In this document: positions 1 through 7,993 of the stretch, piece by piece
How the letters are laid out: the number at the start of each line of letters is the position of its first letter
How positions within the stretch are numbered: position 1 is the first letter of the stretch
Origin: a virus
DNA length: 64,000 nt
Virus record (IMG/VR): IMGVR_UViG_3300025849_000010
Coordinates: 1 to 64,000 of that record
Direction: 5' to 3' (one strand)
Program-made: the position numbers and the translations under genes
Notes under the pieces: model-generated
The model's input: only the letters and a program-made list of their open reading frames with translations
Database searches by the model: none
What the model was told of the DNA's origin: nothing

Positions 1-200
1 GTATGCGTGTTGACGTTCCGCTGATAGTTGATGGCAGAGACGTCATGAAAGAACTTGACGAAATGCGTGATGTTCTGTTACTATTAAAGCGTGACGTAGA
101 CATGGAAGCCAAGTATCCTCGTCTTAAAGAATTAAAAGACGAGTACGAACGTGCTCTTGAAAAATATAAAACGTTTGACACACTAAAGGAATCAAAATGA
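1..200 (+). CDS. Hypothetical phage protein (probably 5'-partial)
   Basis: Open frame from the window start, ending in an ATGA overlap with the next gene; helical C-terminus. Confidence 0.6.
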   Translation, partial: MRVDVPLIVDGRDVMKELDEMRDVLLLLKRDVDMEAKYPRLKELKDEYERALEKYKTFDTLKESK

Positions 201-475
201 ACTGGTTGAAAAGAAAACTCCGTAACTGGATTAACGATTACGATAATGAAGTTAGTATGAAACTTACTCCTAGTCGTGATGTAGAGGCACAGGTATGCGA
301 TGCTGAACCTATCCTAAACTTCCGTGTGTTCAGTGCTGTAGGCGGACAGGTTGTAGAGTTTAGACGCTATGATCGTAAAACTGATCGCAATGATACAACT
401 ACATACATCGTTACTAAGGATCAAGACTTTGGTGATAAGATTAGTAAAATCGCAAATATGGAAATGCTTAAATGA
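197..475 (+). CDS. Hypothetical phage protein
   Basis: 92 aa; AAGGGA SD; overlaps neighbours at both ends. Confidence 0.7.
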   Translation: MNWLKRKLRNWINDYDNEVSMKLTPSRDVEAQVCDAEPILNFRVFSAVGGQVVEFRRYDRKTDRNDTTTYIVTKDQDFGDKISKIANMEMLK

Positions 476-660
476 GTATGAACCACGATGCAAAACCCAA
501 AGACGAAGAACTAGAACGCATGAAGGCAGAGTTTCTTGCTAAAGGCGGAGAAGTTACTGTAGGCAAAACAAAGCCTATGCCAAGCGAACTTGGTATTAGT
601 AACAATACTTGGAATAACAAACTAACCAAAGCAGAAAAGGATTCGAAGGCAGGCAAATGA
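472..660 (+). CDS. Small protein with a SutA-like RNA-polymerase-binding motif
   Basis: ELERMKAEFLAKGGEV resembles the EEFLxRGGKV helix-GG core of Pseudomonas SutA; coupled to flanking genes. Confidence 0.5.
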   Translation: MSMNHDAKPKDEELERMKAEFLAKGGEVTVGKTKPMPSELGISNNTWNNKLTKAEKDSKAGK

Positions 661-1220
661 TTAAGAAACATTATTACACTTGGCAAGACGTAGAAAAAAT
701 GTGTGTACAGATTGTTACACAGATGTATGCCGATAACTGGCGTCCTGATTACATTGTAGGTCTTACTCGCGGCGGAAACATTCCTGCTACTATTATTAGT
801 AACATGCTCAACGTTCGTTGCGAAGCACTTAAAGTAAGTTTGCGTGATGACGGCAGTGACATGGGTCCTGAAAGTAACTGCTGGATGGCCGAGGATGCAT
901 TTGGATATAACTATCCAGAAGAATCTGGTGTTACTGGTACACGATGGGATATTATGCAACGCAAGAACATCTTGATTGTAGACGATATCAACGATACTGG
1001 TGCTACGTTTAACTGGATCAAACAAGACTGGCGTAGTGGATGCTTACCTAACGAAGATAATGCCTGGGCAAGTGTATGGGCTAACAATGTTCGCTTTGCT
1101 ACACTAACAAACAATGATGCAAGTAAGTTTGACGATGTGCGTTATACTTGTCACGAAATTAACAAAGCAGAAGAAGATGTTTGGTTAGTTTACCCATGGG
1201 AGAACGTCGGTGAATATTGA
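657..1220 (+). CDS. Type I phosphoribosyltransferase (purine/xanthine PRT-like)
   Basis: IVGLTRGG loop, PRPP-binding motif ILIVDDINDTGATF, C-terminal WLVYPWE. Confidence 0.9.
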   Translation: MIKKHYYTWQDVEKMCVQIVTQMYADNWRPDYIVGLTRGGNIPATIISNMLNVRCEALKVSLRDDGSDMGPESNCWMAEDAFGYNYPEESGVTGTRWDIMQRKNILIVDDINDTGATFNWIKQDWRSGCLPNEDNAWASVWANNVRFATLTNNDASKFDDVRYTCHEINKAEEDVWLVYPWENVGEY

Positions 1221-1584
1221 TACCCTAGAACTTGCTCGAACAGAAGGACGAGCACCTTGGTCTAACGTAATGTATGATACACGCGACTTTGTAGTCTTTG
1301 AAGATGCGTATCCTGTTACAGAAGGTCATACTTTAGTTGTGCCTAAAACTAACACACAAGAAGAATTGCTCAAATGTTTCAAGTTTGCTACAGCAATGGG
1401 TAACGAAAACGTACAAGCAGAAAATAATATTACAGGCTATAACATTGGTCTAAACATTGGGGAGAGTGCAGGCCAGACTTGCATGTACCCACATGTACAC
1501 TTAATATTTCGTCGCGACAAGGACTGTCCGGATCCTGTTGGCGGAGTTCGTAACGTAATCCCGGGCAAAGGAAACTATAGGTAA
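1210..1584 (+). CDS. HIT family nucleotide hydrolase
   Basis: DAYPVTEGHTLVVPK and NIGESAGQTCMYPHVHLI; the first His of the triad is Tyr, the middle (catalytic) His is kept. Confidence 0.88.
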   Translation: MNIDTLELARTEGRAPWSNVMYDTRDFVVFEDAYPVTEGHTLVVPKTNTQEELLKCFKFATAMGNENVQAENNITGYNIGLNIGESAGQTCMYPHVHLIFRRDKDCPDPVGGVRNVIPGKGNYR

Positions 1585-1592
1585 AAGGACTT

Positions 1593-1799
1593 ATGAAATT
1601 GAAAGAACAATTAGTAAAAGCAGCACGTATGCACGCCGAAGGTGAATTAGAACGTGCCAAAACAAACATTATGGTATACATGAACAATGCTACAGGTATT
1701 GGTGAGCACAGTGATATTGTAGAAGCTATTCAAGAAGAACTTGATAAAATGGCTGCTGCAAATGACCGCATGGAAATGTTAGAAAAATATTTTTCTTAA
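1593..1799 (+). CDS. Small hypothetical phage protein
   Basis: 68 aa; AAGGA SD; helical hairpin around GIGEHSD. Confidence 0.75.
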   Translation: MKLKEQLVKAARMHAEGELERAKTNIMVYMNNATGIGEHSDIVEAIQEELDKMAAANDRMEMLEKYFS

Positions 1800-1802
1800 C
1801 AC

Positions 1803-1831
1803 TTGACAAAACCTAAATAAACGTGTATACT
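1803..1831 (+). promoter_or_regulatory. Sigma70-type promoter upstream of folE
   Basis: TTGACA (1803-1808), 17 nt, TATACT (1826-1831); CTAAATA lies in the spacer. Confidence 0.8.
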
Positions 1832-1847
1832 TAACAGTATAATGAAT

Positions 1848-1873
1848 GGCAATCCTCTGCCTTAACATCGGAG
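1848..1873 (+). promoter_or_regulatory. Candidate cis-regulatory hairpin/pseudoknot in the folE leader
   Basis: GGCA-ATCCTC-TGCC stem-loop whose loop TCC can pair with GGA of the SD (GGAG 1870-1873). Confidence 0.4.
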
Positions 1874-1881
1874 TAACATAT

Positions 1882-2565
1882 ATGAGTAAACAAGAAGAAA
1901 TTAAAGCTCGCCTAGTCCAGGCAAAGCAACGCTACTGGGCTGGCGACAATATTAGTAGTGTGCTACAAGATGGTGACAAAGAAACACTCATCGACGAAGC
2001 AACTACAGCATTTGAAAGTGTACTTGATGCACTTATCATTGATCGATATAACGATCCTAACAGTCAAGGTACAGCACGGCGTCTTGCTAAAATGTACTTT
2101 AATGAGATCATGGCAGGACGTTATGATCCTATGCCAAGTGCAACTGCATTTCCTAATGACAGTGACGATCGCTATGAAGGTATGCTTGTAGTGCGTTCAG
2201 AACTAAAGAGCATGTGTAGTCATCATCACCAGCCAGTAAGCGGAGTTGCATATATTGGTATTATTGCAGCAGACAAACTAATCGGTCTAAGCAAGTATAC
2301 ACGCATTGCACAGTGGTGCGCTCGGCGTGGCACACTACAAGAAGAACTTGCAAACGATATTGCACGTGAGATTGCAAGTGCAACTGGTGCAGAAAACTTA
2401 GGTGTTTATATTCAAGCAACACACGGATGCTGTGAGAATCGCGGCATTATGGCACATAGTTCACTTACACAAACAACTGTATTGCGTGGGTCTTTTAAAG
2501 ATGATGCAGGTACAAAGAAAGAGTTCTTTGACAACATTAAGCTACAACAGGAGTTTGCACGATGA
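1882..2565 (+). CDS. folE: GTP cyclohydrolase I
   Basis: SMCSHHH Zn motif, IGLSKYTRI, LQEELA, HGCCENRG; start moved to ATG 1882 after GGAG. Confidence 0.95.
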   Translation: MSKQEEIKARLVQAKQRYWAGDNISSVLQDGDKETLIDEATTAFESVLDALIIDRYNDPNSQGTARRLAKMYFNEIMAGRYDPMPSATAFPNDSDDRYEGMLVVRSELKSMCSHHHQPVSGVAYIGIIAADKLIGLSKYTRIAQWCARRGTLQEELANDIAREIASATGAENLGVYIQATHGCCENRGIMAHSSLTQTTVLRGSFKDDAGTKKEFFDNIKLQQEFAR

Positions 2566-2696
2566 TTGAGAAGTTAATTTATGGCGCTGCTGCAATTATT
2601 TTTATTGCAGGCATGGCATATTATTTAAACCATATATGGAGTGATTGTTTGGAAGAAAACAGTTTCTTCACTTGTGCAAGGATGTTAAACAAATGA
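2562..2696 (+). CDS. Small single-TM protein, 44 aa (not in ORF track)
   Basis: MIEKLIYGAAAIIFIAGMAYYLNHIWSDCLEENSFFTCARMLNK; ATGA overlaps with folE and queE; AGGAG SD. Confidence 0.65.
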   Translation: MIEKLIYGAAAIIFIAGMAYYLNHIWSDCLEENSFFTCARMLNK

Positions 2697-3652
2697 TAGC
2701 ACCAGTATTTGAAAAAGGATATCCGTCACATGAAGCAGTTAACAGAAAGCCAGCTATGAAACTACGTTATTCAGAAGCATTTTATTCAGTACAAGGCGAA
2801 GGTAAGTTTGTAGGAGTACCCAGTGTATTCCTACGCACCTTCGGTTGTAACTTCCGTTGTATGAACTTTGGCCTTGGCAAGGATGAACCTAGTCGTGCAG
2901 AAAAGCATGAAGCAGGACAACGATACAATGCAGAAGTAAAAGCATTGTTAGATGATGGTATTGTTGCTAAAACAGAAAAGTTTACAGACTTGCCAATTAT
3001 TCACACAGGGTGCGACACTTATGCAAGTATCTATCCTGAGTTTAAGGACTTTAATAAACTTGCAGAAGTCGACGAAGTAGTTGAGCATCTGTTATCGCTT
3101 ACCCCAGAAGGTAAGTGGACTATGGATAATGGTCAAGATATCCATTTGATTATGACAGGTGGTGAGCCGTTGTTAGCGTGGCAGCGGCTTTACGTAGAGC
3201 TGTTCGAACACCCACGTATGCAGGATTTAAAAAATGTCACATTTGAAACAAACACTACACAACACTTACACGACGACCTCTACAACTATCTCAACGATAG
3301 CGACAGAATTACAGTCACATGGAGTTGCAGCCCTAAGCTCTCCGTTTCAGGCGAATCTTGGGAAGATGCTATTCGTCCTGACGTTGCTCTTAATTATTCC
3401 ACTGTTGCTGGTAGTGACATTTATCTTAAATTTGTTGTTGCTGATCGTGCAGACATTGAAGAAGCTGGTAGAGCTGTGCAAGCATATCGTGACGTCGGCG
3501 TTGAGTGTCCAGTATATTGTATGCCGCTTGGCGGACGCTCGGAAGAGTATGTTCTCAATGTTCAAGAAGTTGCGCAAGTCTGCATGGAAAAAGGATGGCG
3601 CTTCACCCCCAGACTCCATATATCCTTATTCGGAAATGCGTGGGGTACGTGA
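2693..3652 (+). CDS. queE: 7-carboxy-7-deazaguanine synthase (radical SAM)
   Basis: FYSVQGEG, VFLRTFGCNFRC...GCDT, TGGEP, FETN, CSPKL, RFTPRLH; beside folE. Start at 2693 or 2756. Confidence 0.9.
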   Translation: MIAPVFEKGYPSHEAVNRKPAMKLRYSEAFYSVQGEGKFVGVPSVFLRTFGCNFRCMNFGLGKDEPSRAEKHEAGQRYNAEVKALLDDGIVAKTEKFTDLPIIHTGCDTYASIYPEFKDFNKLAEVDEVVEHLLSLTPEGKWTMDNGQDIHLIMTGGEPLLAWQRLYVELFEHPRMQDLKNVTFETNTTQHLHDDLYNYLNDSDRITVTWSCSPKLSVSGESWEDAIRPDVALNYSTVAGSDIYLKFVVADRADIEEAGRAVQAYRDVGVECPVYCMPLGGRSEEYVLNVQEVAQVCMEKGWRFTPRLHISLFGNAWGT

Positions 3653-3749
3653 TGCATACAAAAACGAACAACATGAACGGGCTATGAAAGCACCGATTAA
3701 AGTGTATGAAGACTTAGATGAACGATTAAGAAAAAAAGGATTGCTATAA
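3636..3749 (+). CDS. Small hypothetical protein, 37 aa
   Basis: MRGVRDAYKNEQHERAMKAP... fills the gap between queE and the next gene; TAATG overlap with the next start. Confidence 0.45.
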   Translation: MRGVRDAYKNEQHERAMKAPIKVYEDLDERLRKKGLL

Positions 3750-4126
3750 TGGGATGGTGGAATAAACTCGTAAGAGATAAAAAGGCAGCAGAAGTCGAAA
3801 AGACTCCGGAAGACTTGCGCCGTGCAGCTCTTCAGAAAGAAAAAGACATTGCTACTAAAGCCGGAAAAGCATGGGTTGCTGTACTTGACACACAAGTAAA
3901 TCCTAACAATATTAAAAACGGATTCTTCGAGCTCGACTGGAATAATCAGTTCATTGAAGAACTGTTAGACGCAGGCTATGCTGGCGAAACTAACGAGCAA
4001 ATCGTTGATGCTTGGTTTAAGACCTTAGCAAGGCAAATGCTCGAAGAAGAAGGTGTTACGTCAGATAGAGATATGGGGCATATTAAAATTGTTCCGATTG
4101 AACAAGGCAAGAGTGAAGTAAGCTGA
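3749..4126 (+). CDS. Hypothetical phage protein
   Basis: 125 aa; coupled at both ends; GFFELDWN core. Confidence 0.75.
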   Translation: MGWWNKLVRDKKAAEVEKTPEDLRRAALQKEKDIATKAGKAWVAVLDTQVNPNNIKNGFFELDWNNQFIEELLDAGYAGETNEQIVDAWFKTLARQMLEEEGVTSDRDMGHIKIVPIEQGKSEVS

Positions 4127-4836
4127 TGGCTTCTATAGAATACTTTGGGGTATTTGCTACTCCGTTGATAAAAGGAATTCCGTTCGAACTAGAGCATCTT
4201 ATTACCGAACCTGTTCCTGCATTGTCATATCTTAGAGATAAGCACGGACCACTAGATTCGTTTAAATGTCCAGCATTAATCACACACCTTAAAAATACGT
4301 ATTATATTACTAGTCCAATCGACTTTACGTTAACTAAAGTTGGCGAGAATTTTTGGAAGTTATCTAATACTAAAGGAAAGACTAAAAGTTTAAATCCTTA
4401 CTTAGATGTACAAGTTCCTGAATCTAAACTGATAGACAACAGCGTATGTTTAAATATTGGGTTACAATATTACTTTGTAAATAACGGAGACGATGTCATT
4501 ATGGAAGTAATAGACCCGCCTCTTGTCCAAATGCCATTGACAAACATGCCAGGAGAGTTTAATATTAGTAAGTGGTATAGGCCAACTAACTTTACATTCT
4601 TTATCGATTCGTCGCTAAATGAAGTTAAGTTTAAAAGAGGAGATCCGTTGTATGCAGTTAGATTTAGGGCAAATAACAAGACCGTTAAGCTATCAAAGAT
4701 CGAAGACTTTAGTTTTCGAGAAGCAATCTTGACAGAACAAATGAGAGCTACTACAATAAAAGACTATTACCCCGGACTTAAACTAGAAGAAATGTATGAA
4801 CTATTCAAAAGTTCAGTAAAAAGGATATTTAAATGA
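4126..4836 (+). CDS. Hypothetical protein, possibly DUF6065/dUTPase-like beta-clip fold
   Basis: 236 aa; KCPA...SPID and FKRGDPL motifs; the fold call is tentative. Confidence 0.55.
   Translation: MASIEYFGVFATPLIKGIPFELEHLITEPVPALSYLRDKHGPLDSFKCPALITHLKNTYYITSPIDFTLTKVGENFWKLSNTKGKTKSLNPYLDVQVPESKLIDNSVCLNIGLQYYFVNNGDDVIMEVIDPPLVQMPLTNMPGEFNISKWYRPTNFTFFIDSSLNEVKFKRGDPLYAVRFRANNKTVKLSKIEDFSFREAILTEQMRATTIKDYYPGLKLEEMYELFKSSVKRIFK
4729..4757 (+). promoter_or_regulatory. Internal sigma70-type promoter for the exonuclease gene
   Basis: TTGACA, 17 nt, TACAAT, ending 75 nt before the 4833 start. Confidence 0.6.
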
Positions 4837-5819
4837 GCACCTATGTACTAGTAGACACTGCTAACACCTTCTTTAGAGCTAGGCATGTTGTGCGTGGCGA
4901 TATTGATACTAAAGTAGGTATGGCTTTGCATATCACACTTAATAGTATTAAGAAGGCATGGCATGACTTTAATGCCGATCATGTTGTAATCTGCTTAGAA
5001 GGACGTAGCTGGCGTAAAGACTTTTACGAGCCTTACAAGCGTAATAGGCAAGTTGCTCGCGACAAGCTAACTGTACAAGAGAGTGAAGAAGATACAGCGT
5101 TTTGGGAAATCTTTGACGAGTTTAAGAACTTCATGACTGAGAAGACTAACTGTACTGTTATTCAACACAAGCAACTAGAAGCAGATGATCTTATTGCTGG
5201 TTGGGTACAAGCACACCCTGATGACAATCATATTATTATCAGCACAGATGGCGACTTTGCACAACTTATTGCACCCAATGTAAAGCAGTATAACGGTGTT
5301 AGCAATACTATCATTACACACGAAGGTTACTTTGACGACAAGAAACTAGAGCCAGTAATTGATAAGAAAACTAAAGAGCCTAAGCCTGCTCCAGAGCCCG
5401 ACTTTATGTTGTTTGAAAAGTGTATGCGTGGCGACACTAGTGATAATGTGTTTAGTGCATACCCCGGTGTGCGTAAGAAAGGCACTAAGAACAAAGTCGG
5501 TCTGCTTGAAGCGTTCGAAGATAAGAATACAAAAGGCTTTAACTGGAACAACATGATGCTACAACGCTGGACTGATCATGAAGGCGTAGAACATCGTGTA
5601 CTAGACGACTACAATCGCAATGTTGTATTGTGCGACTTAACTGCACAGCCTGAAGACATTAGAGAGATAATTAATAACACTATTGCGGCAGTAGAGCCTA
5701 AAGAAATTACGCAAGTAGGTATGCGACTTATGAAGTTCTGCGCTAAGTGGGACATGCAACGAGTTGCAGATCAAGCAGAACAATTTTCTAAACCATTAGC
5801 AGCGAGGTACCCTAAATGA
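4833..5819 (+). CDS. rnh: T4 RNase H-like 5'-3' exonuclease (flap endonuclease family)
   Basis: VLVD, SWRKDFYEPYKRNR, EADD, STDGDFAQL and GDTSDNV acidic motifs. Confidence 0.9.
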   Translation: MSTYVLVDTANTFFRARHVVRGDIDTKVGMALHITLNSIKKAWHDFNADHVVICLEGRSWRKDFYEPYKRNRQVARDKLTVQESEEDTAFWEIFDEFKNFMTEKTNCTVIQHKQLEADDLIAGWVQAHPDDNHIIISTDGDFAQLIAPNVKQYNGVSNTIITHEGYFDDKKLEPVIDKKTKEPKPAPEPDFMLFEKCMRGDTSDNVFSAYPGVRKKGTKNKVGLLEAFEDKNTKGFNWNNMMLQRWTDHEGVEHRVLDDYNRNVVLCDLTAQPEDIREIINNTIAAVEPKEITQVGMRLMKFCAKWDMQRVADQAEQFSKPLAARYPK

Positions 5820-6283
5820 CTGTAAAAGCAAAACCTATCCTAGACGGCAAATTTTGGATTCTTGAAGACCAAGGTAATCGAGTAGGAACATTACGTATTG
5901 ACGAAAACAACAAATATATTGTTAGCAATGCAAGAGGCGTTAGTAGTTTTAACAGCCGTGGATCATTAACAAAGACGTTCGGCAAAGACTTCTTTGAAGC
6001 AAAAGCATCTATTAGTGCAGCAATTTCAAATCGAGATATCAACGGATATCCAACAAGTACAGATCCATTTAACACAATGTATGATGTTAAACGCAACTTA
6101 CCGTTGTTTACTAAGAGCGAAAAATCTAAAAGTTTGTATTGTGCTGGATACTATATTATTAAATTTGACAAAGGTTGGGTTAAAAGTTTTTGTCCTAAGT
6201 TAATTACCGTAGAGCGTTATACATATAATGGTCCGTACAAAACAGAAATTGAAATGCGTCAGGAGTTAAGTCGTGTCAAATGA
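5816..6283 (+). CDS. Hypothetical phage protein
   Basis: 155 aa; ATGA overlap; GAGG SD. Confidence 0.75.
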   Translation: MTVKAKPILDGKFWILEDQGNRVGTLRIDENNKYIVSNARGVSSFNSRGSLTKTFGKDFFEAKASISAAISNRDINGYPTSTDPFNTMYDVKRNLPLFTKSEKSKSLYCAGYYIIKFDKGWVKSFCPKLITVERYTYNGPYKTEIEMRQELSRVK

Positions 6284-6527
6284 GCCAATTAATACAATAG
6301 CTATTCAGCAATTTATTAAAACTGTTGATCAGCTAGATAAAGCAAATCAAAAAGAAGTAAAAATGAATATGGCTACTGCTAAAATTCTAGCTAATACTCT
6401 TGGGATTGTAATGACGCAACTTGCTGGAAATTACGAAAATTTATTACGTAATTCTTCTCAGCAACAAAGCACTGATCAGAATATTACTGTAGAACTAGAC
6501 GGTGGCAGTGGCTGGGGTAAGACCTAA
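6273..6527 (+). CDS. Hypothetical phage protein
   Basis: 84 aa; GTG start after AGGAG. Confidence 0.65.
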   Translation: MSNEPINTIAIQQFIKTVDQLDKANQKEVKMNMATAKILANTLGIVMTQLAGNYENLLRNSSQQQSTDQNITVELDGGSGWGKT

Positions 6528-6532
6528 AAGAG

Positions 6533-6569
6533 ATAAATATATGCGTATATAACTAAAGGATACGCATAT
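6533..6569 (+). promoter_or_regulatory. Late-type promoter (ATAAATA) overlapping an RBS-occluding hairpin
   Basis: ATAAATA at 6533-6539; perfect 10-bp inverted repeat ATATGCGTAT (6539-6548)/ATACGCATAT (6560-6569) covering the SD end and start codon. Confidence 0.65.
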
Positions 6570-6861
6570 GAGTAGGCCCAAGCCAAAGATTTTATTAGAA
6601 GACATTAATAAAAAAACATACAAAGTAGAGCAAGTTTTAGATTCTGAAGCTATATGGGCAGTCTTTTATCAAAGCAAAGCCTTTAATCTAAAAAGCTCTA
6701 ATATGTTAACTAGCTATCCTGGACCTAAATATAAAAAAACTAGTTTTAGTAATCCAGGACATGCACACAATCTAGCAAAAAAACTTAATAATTTATTCGA
6801 CACAGATGAATTTGCTGTATATAGACTTACAGAAGGTACATTAGAAATTGAAAACGAATAA
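6568..6861 (+). CDS. Hypothetical phage protein
   Basis: 97 aa; AAGGA SD; MSRPKP start and PGPKYKKTSFSNPGHA. Confidence 0.8.
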   Translation: MSRPKPKILLEDINKKTYKVEQVLDSEAIWAVFYQSKAFNLKSSNMLTSYPGPKYKKTSFSNPGHAHNLAKKLNNLFDTDEFAVYRLTEGTLEIENE

Positions 6862-7231
6862 AGAATCCCTTACTAAGGTCTTTTTAAGAACAGCAAATAT
6901 ATCAATTAATGAAGTTACTGTATCGCAGTATCTTTCAGACTGGTGGCAAAATACTAGAATAGAGGGCGGACTAAGACTAACCGATGAAGGACTAATGTTT
7001 ATTACCGACACATTACAACTTCAGACTTATGAAATACCGTTTCCTAAAGACTTTAAATTAACCAGTCAAATTATTATCTTTTTAGATAGACTAATTGACT
7101 GTCCATATTGGCTAGGATTGCATGGCTTGATTGTTACAGACGAGCGCAAAGCCGTCGAACTTCATTTATTTTCAGGTGACATACGAAAGTATGGGTTAAC
7201 TAAGGCCATGAATAGACAAGATAACACTTAA
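6848..7231 (+). CDS. Hypothetical phage protein
   Basis: 127 aa; overlaps the previous gene; GLRLTDEG motif. Confidence 0.7.
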   Translation: MKTNKESLTKVFLRTANISINEVTVSQYLSDWWQNTRIEGGLRLTDEGLMFITDTLQLQTYEIPFPKDFKLTSQIIIFLDRLIDCPYWLGLHGLIVTDERKAVELHLFSGDIRKYGLTKAMNRQDNT

Positions 7232-7233
7232 CA

Positions 7234-7935
7234 ATGTTAAAAAGATTAGACACAAACCAGCTACCTAGAGATTGCAATAACTTAGATACTAGCTGCAAAG
7301 TATTATTATGTGCAGACAGTTGGGGTGTTCCGAATAACAAACAAGGACTATCTACACACTTAGATATGTCCGTTACTGTTCAAAACGTGTCTTGCGGCGG
7401 ATATAACAATTTTGATATTTTAGATAGTATGGAAATTGCACTAGCATATCATACATATCCGTATGTTGTCTTTATACAAAGTGATTTATTAAGACACGGG
7501 CGTAATTCAAATGATGATGCATTACCTCATCATATCAATCTTAAAGGTATACTAGAATCAAGGCAGCAAAAAATACTTGACAAATTAGAAGCTATCCAAG
7601 TACAATATGACACTAAAATATTATGCCTAGGCGGACTTAGTAGAATAGACAACTATCAAGATCATAAATTAGAAGTAGTTATGCCTAGTATACTTAATTT
7701 TTTAGACCCTGCAATTGATACTGAAAAGTATAGTGTACACGACGGCAGTGGAGACCTAAAAGATATGGATAAACTAAAGCATACTGATATAAGTGTTTGG
7801 TTAGAAGCTGCTGAAAATTATGCTAACAAGTACAAGAGATTGCAAAATAAAGACATTAGTATACAAGACGGATGTCATCTAAATGCAGATGCTTTTAGCA
7901 AAGTATCAGAATTTCTACTAAAATATATAAATTAA
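7234..7935 (+). CDS. SGNH/GDSL-like hydrolase
   Basis: Block I variant ADSWG, NVSCGG, and C-terminal DGCHLN (DxxH). Confidence 0.7.
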   Translation: MLKRLDTNQLPRDCNNLDTSCKVLLCADSWGVPNNKQGLSTHLDMSVTVQNVSCGGYNNFDILDSMEIALAYHTYPYVVFIQSDLLRHGRNSNDDALPHHINLKGILESRQQKILDKLEAIQVQYDTKILCLGGLSRIDNYQDHKLEVVMPSILNFLDPAIDTEKYSVHDGSGDLKDMDKLKHTDISVWLEAAENYANKYKRLQNKDISIQDGCHLNADAFSKVSEFLLKYIN

Positions 7936-7938
7936 CAC

Positions 7939-7967
7939 TTGACAAGTTCCTATCTTACTGCTACAAT
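7939..7967 (+). promoter_or_regulatory. Sigma70-type promoter
   Basis: TTGACA, 17 nt, TACAAT with extended TG; GAGGA SD downstream. Confidence 0.8.
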
Positions 7968-7993
7968 TATTACATACAAAAGAGGATAATAAC

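Noticed and set aside
468-1025. 185-aa minus-strand ORF and other antisense ORFs over the early genes
   Set aside because: Antisense shadows of well-supported genes; no motifs, SD or promoter.
1848-1873. Firm call as a preQ1-I or THF-II riboswitch
   Set aside because: Stem and loop are shorter than those classes and their conserved nucleotides are not evident; kept only as a candidate motif.
3234-3635. 5' part of the 171-aa ORF overlapping queE
   Set aside because: Alternative frame inside queE; only the last 37 codons are plausible as a gene.
7577-7606. TTGACA-N18-TACAAT inside the SGNH gene
   Set aside because: Suboptimal spacing, far from a start codon, and the next gene has its own promoter; may be chance.
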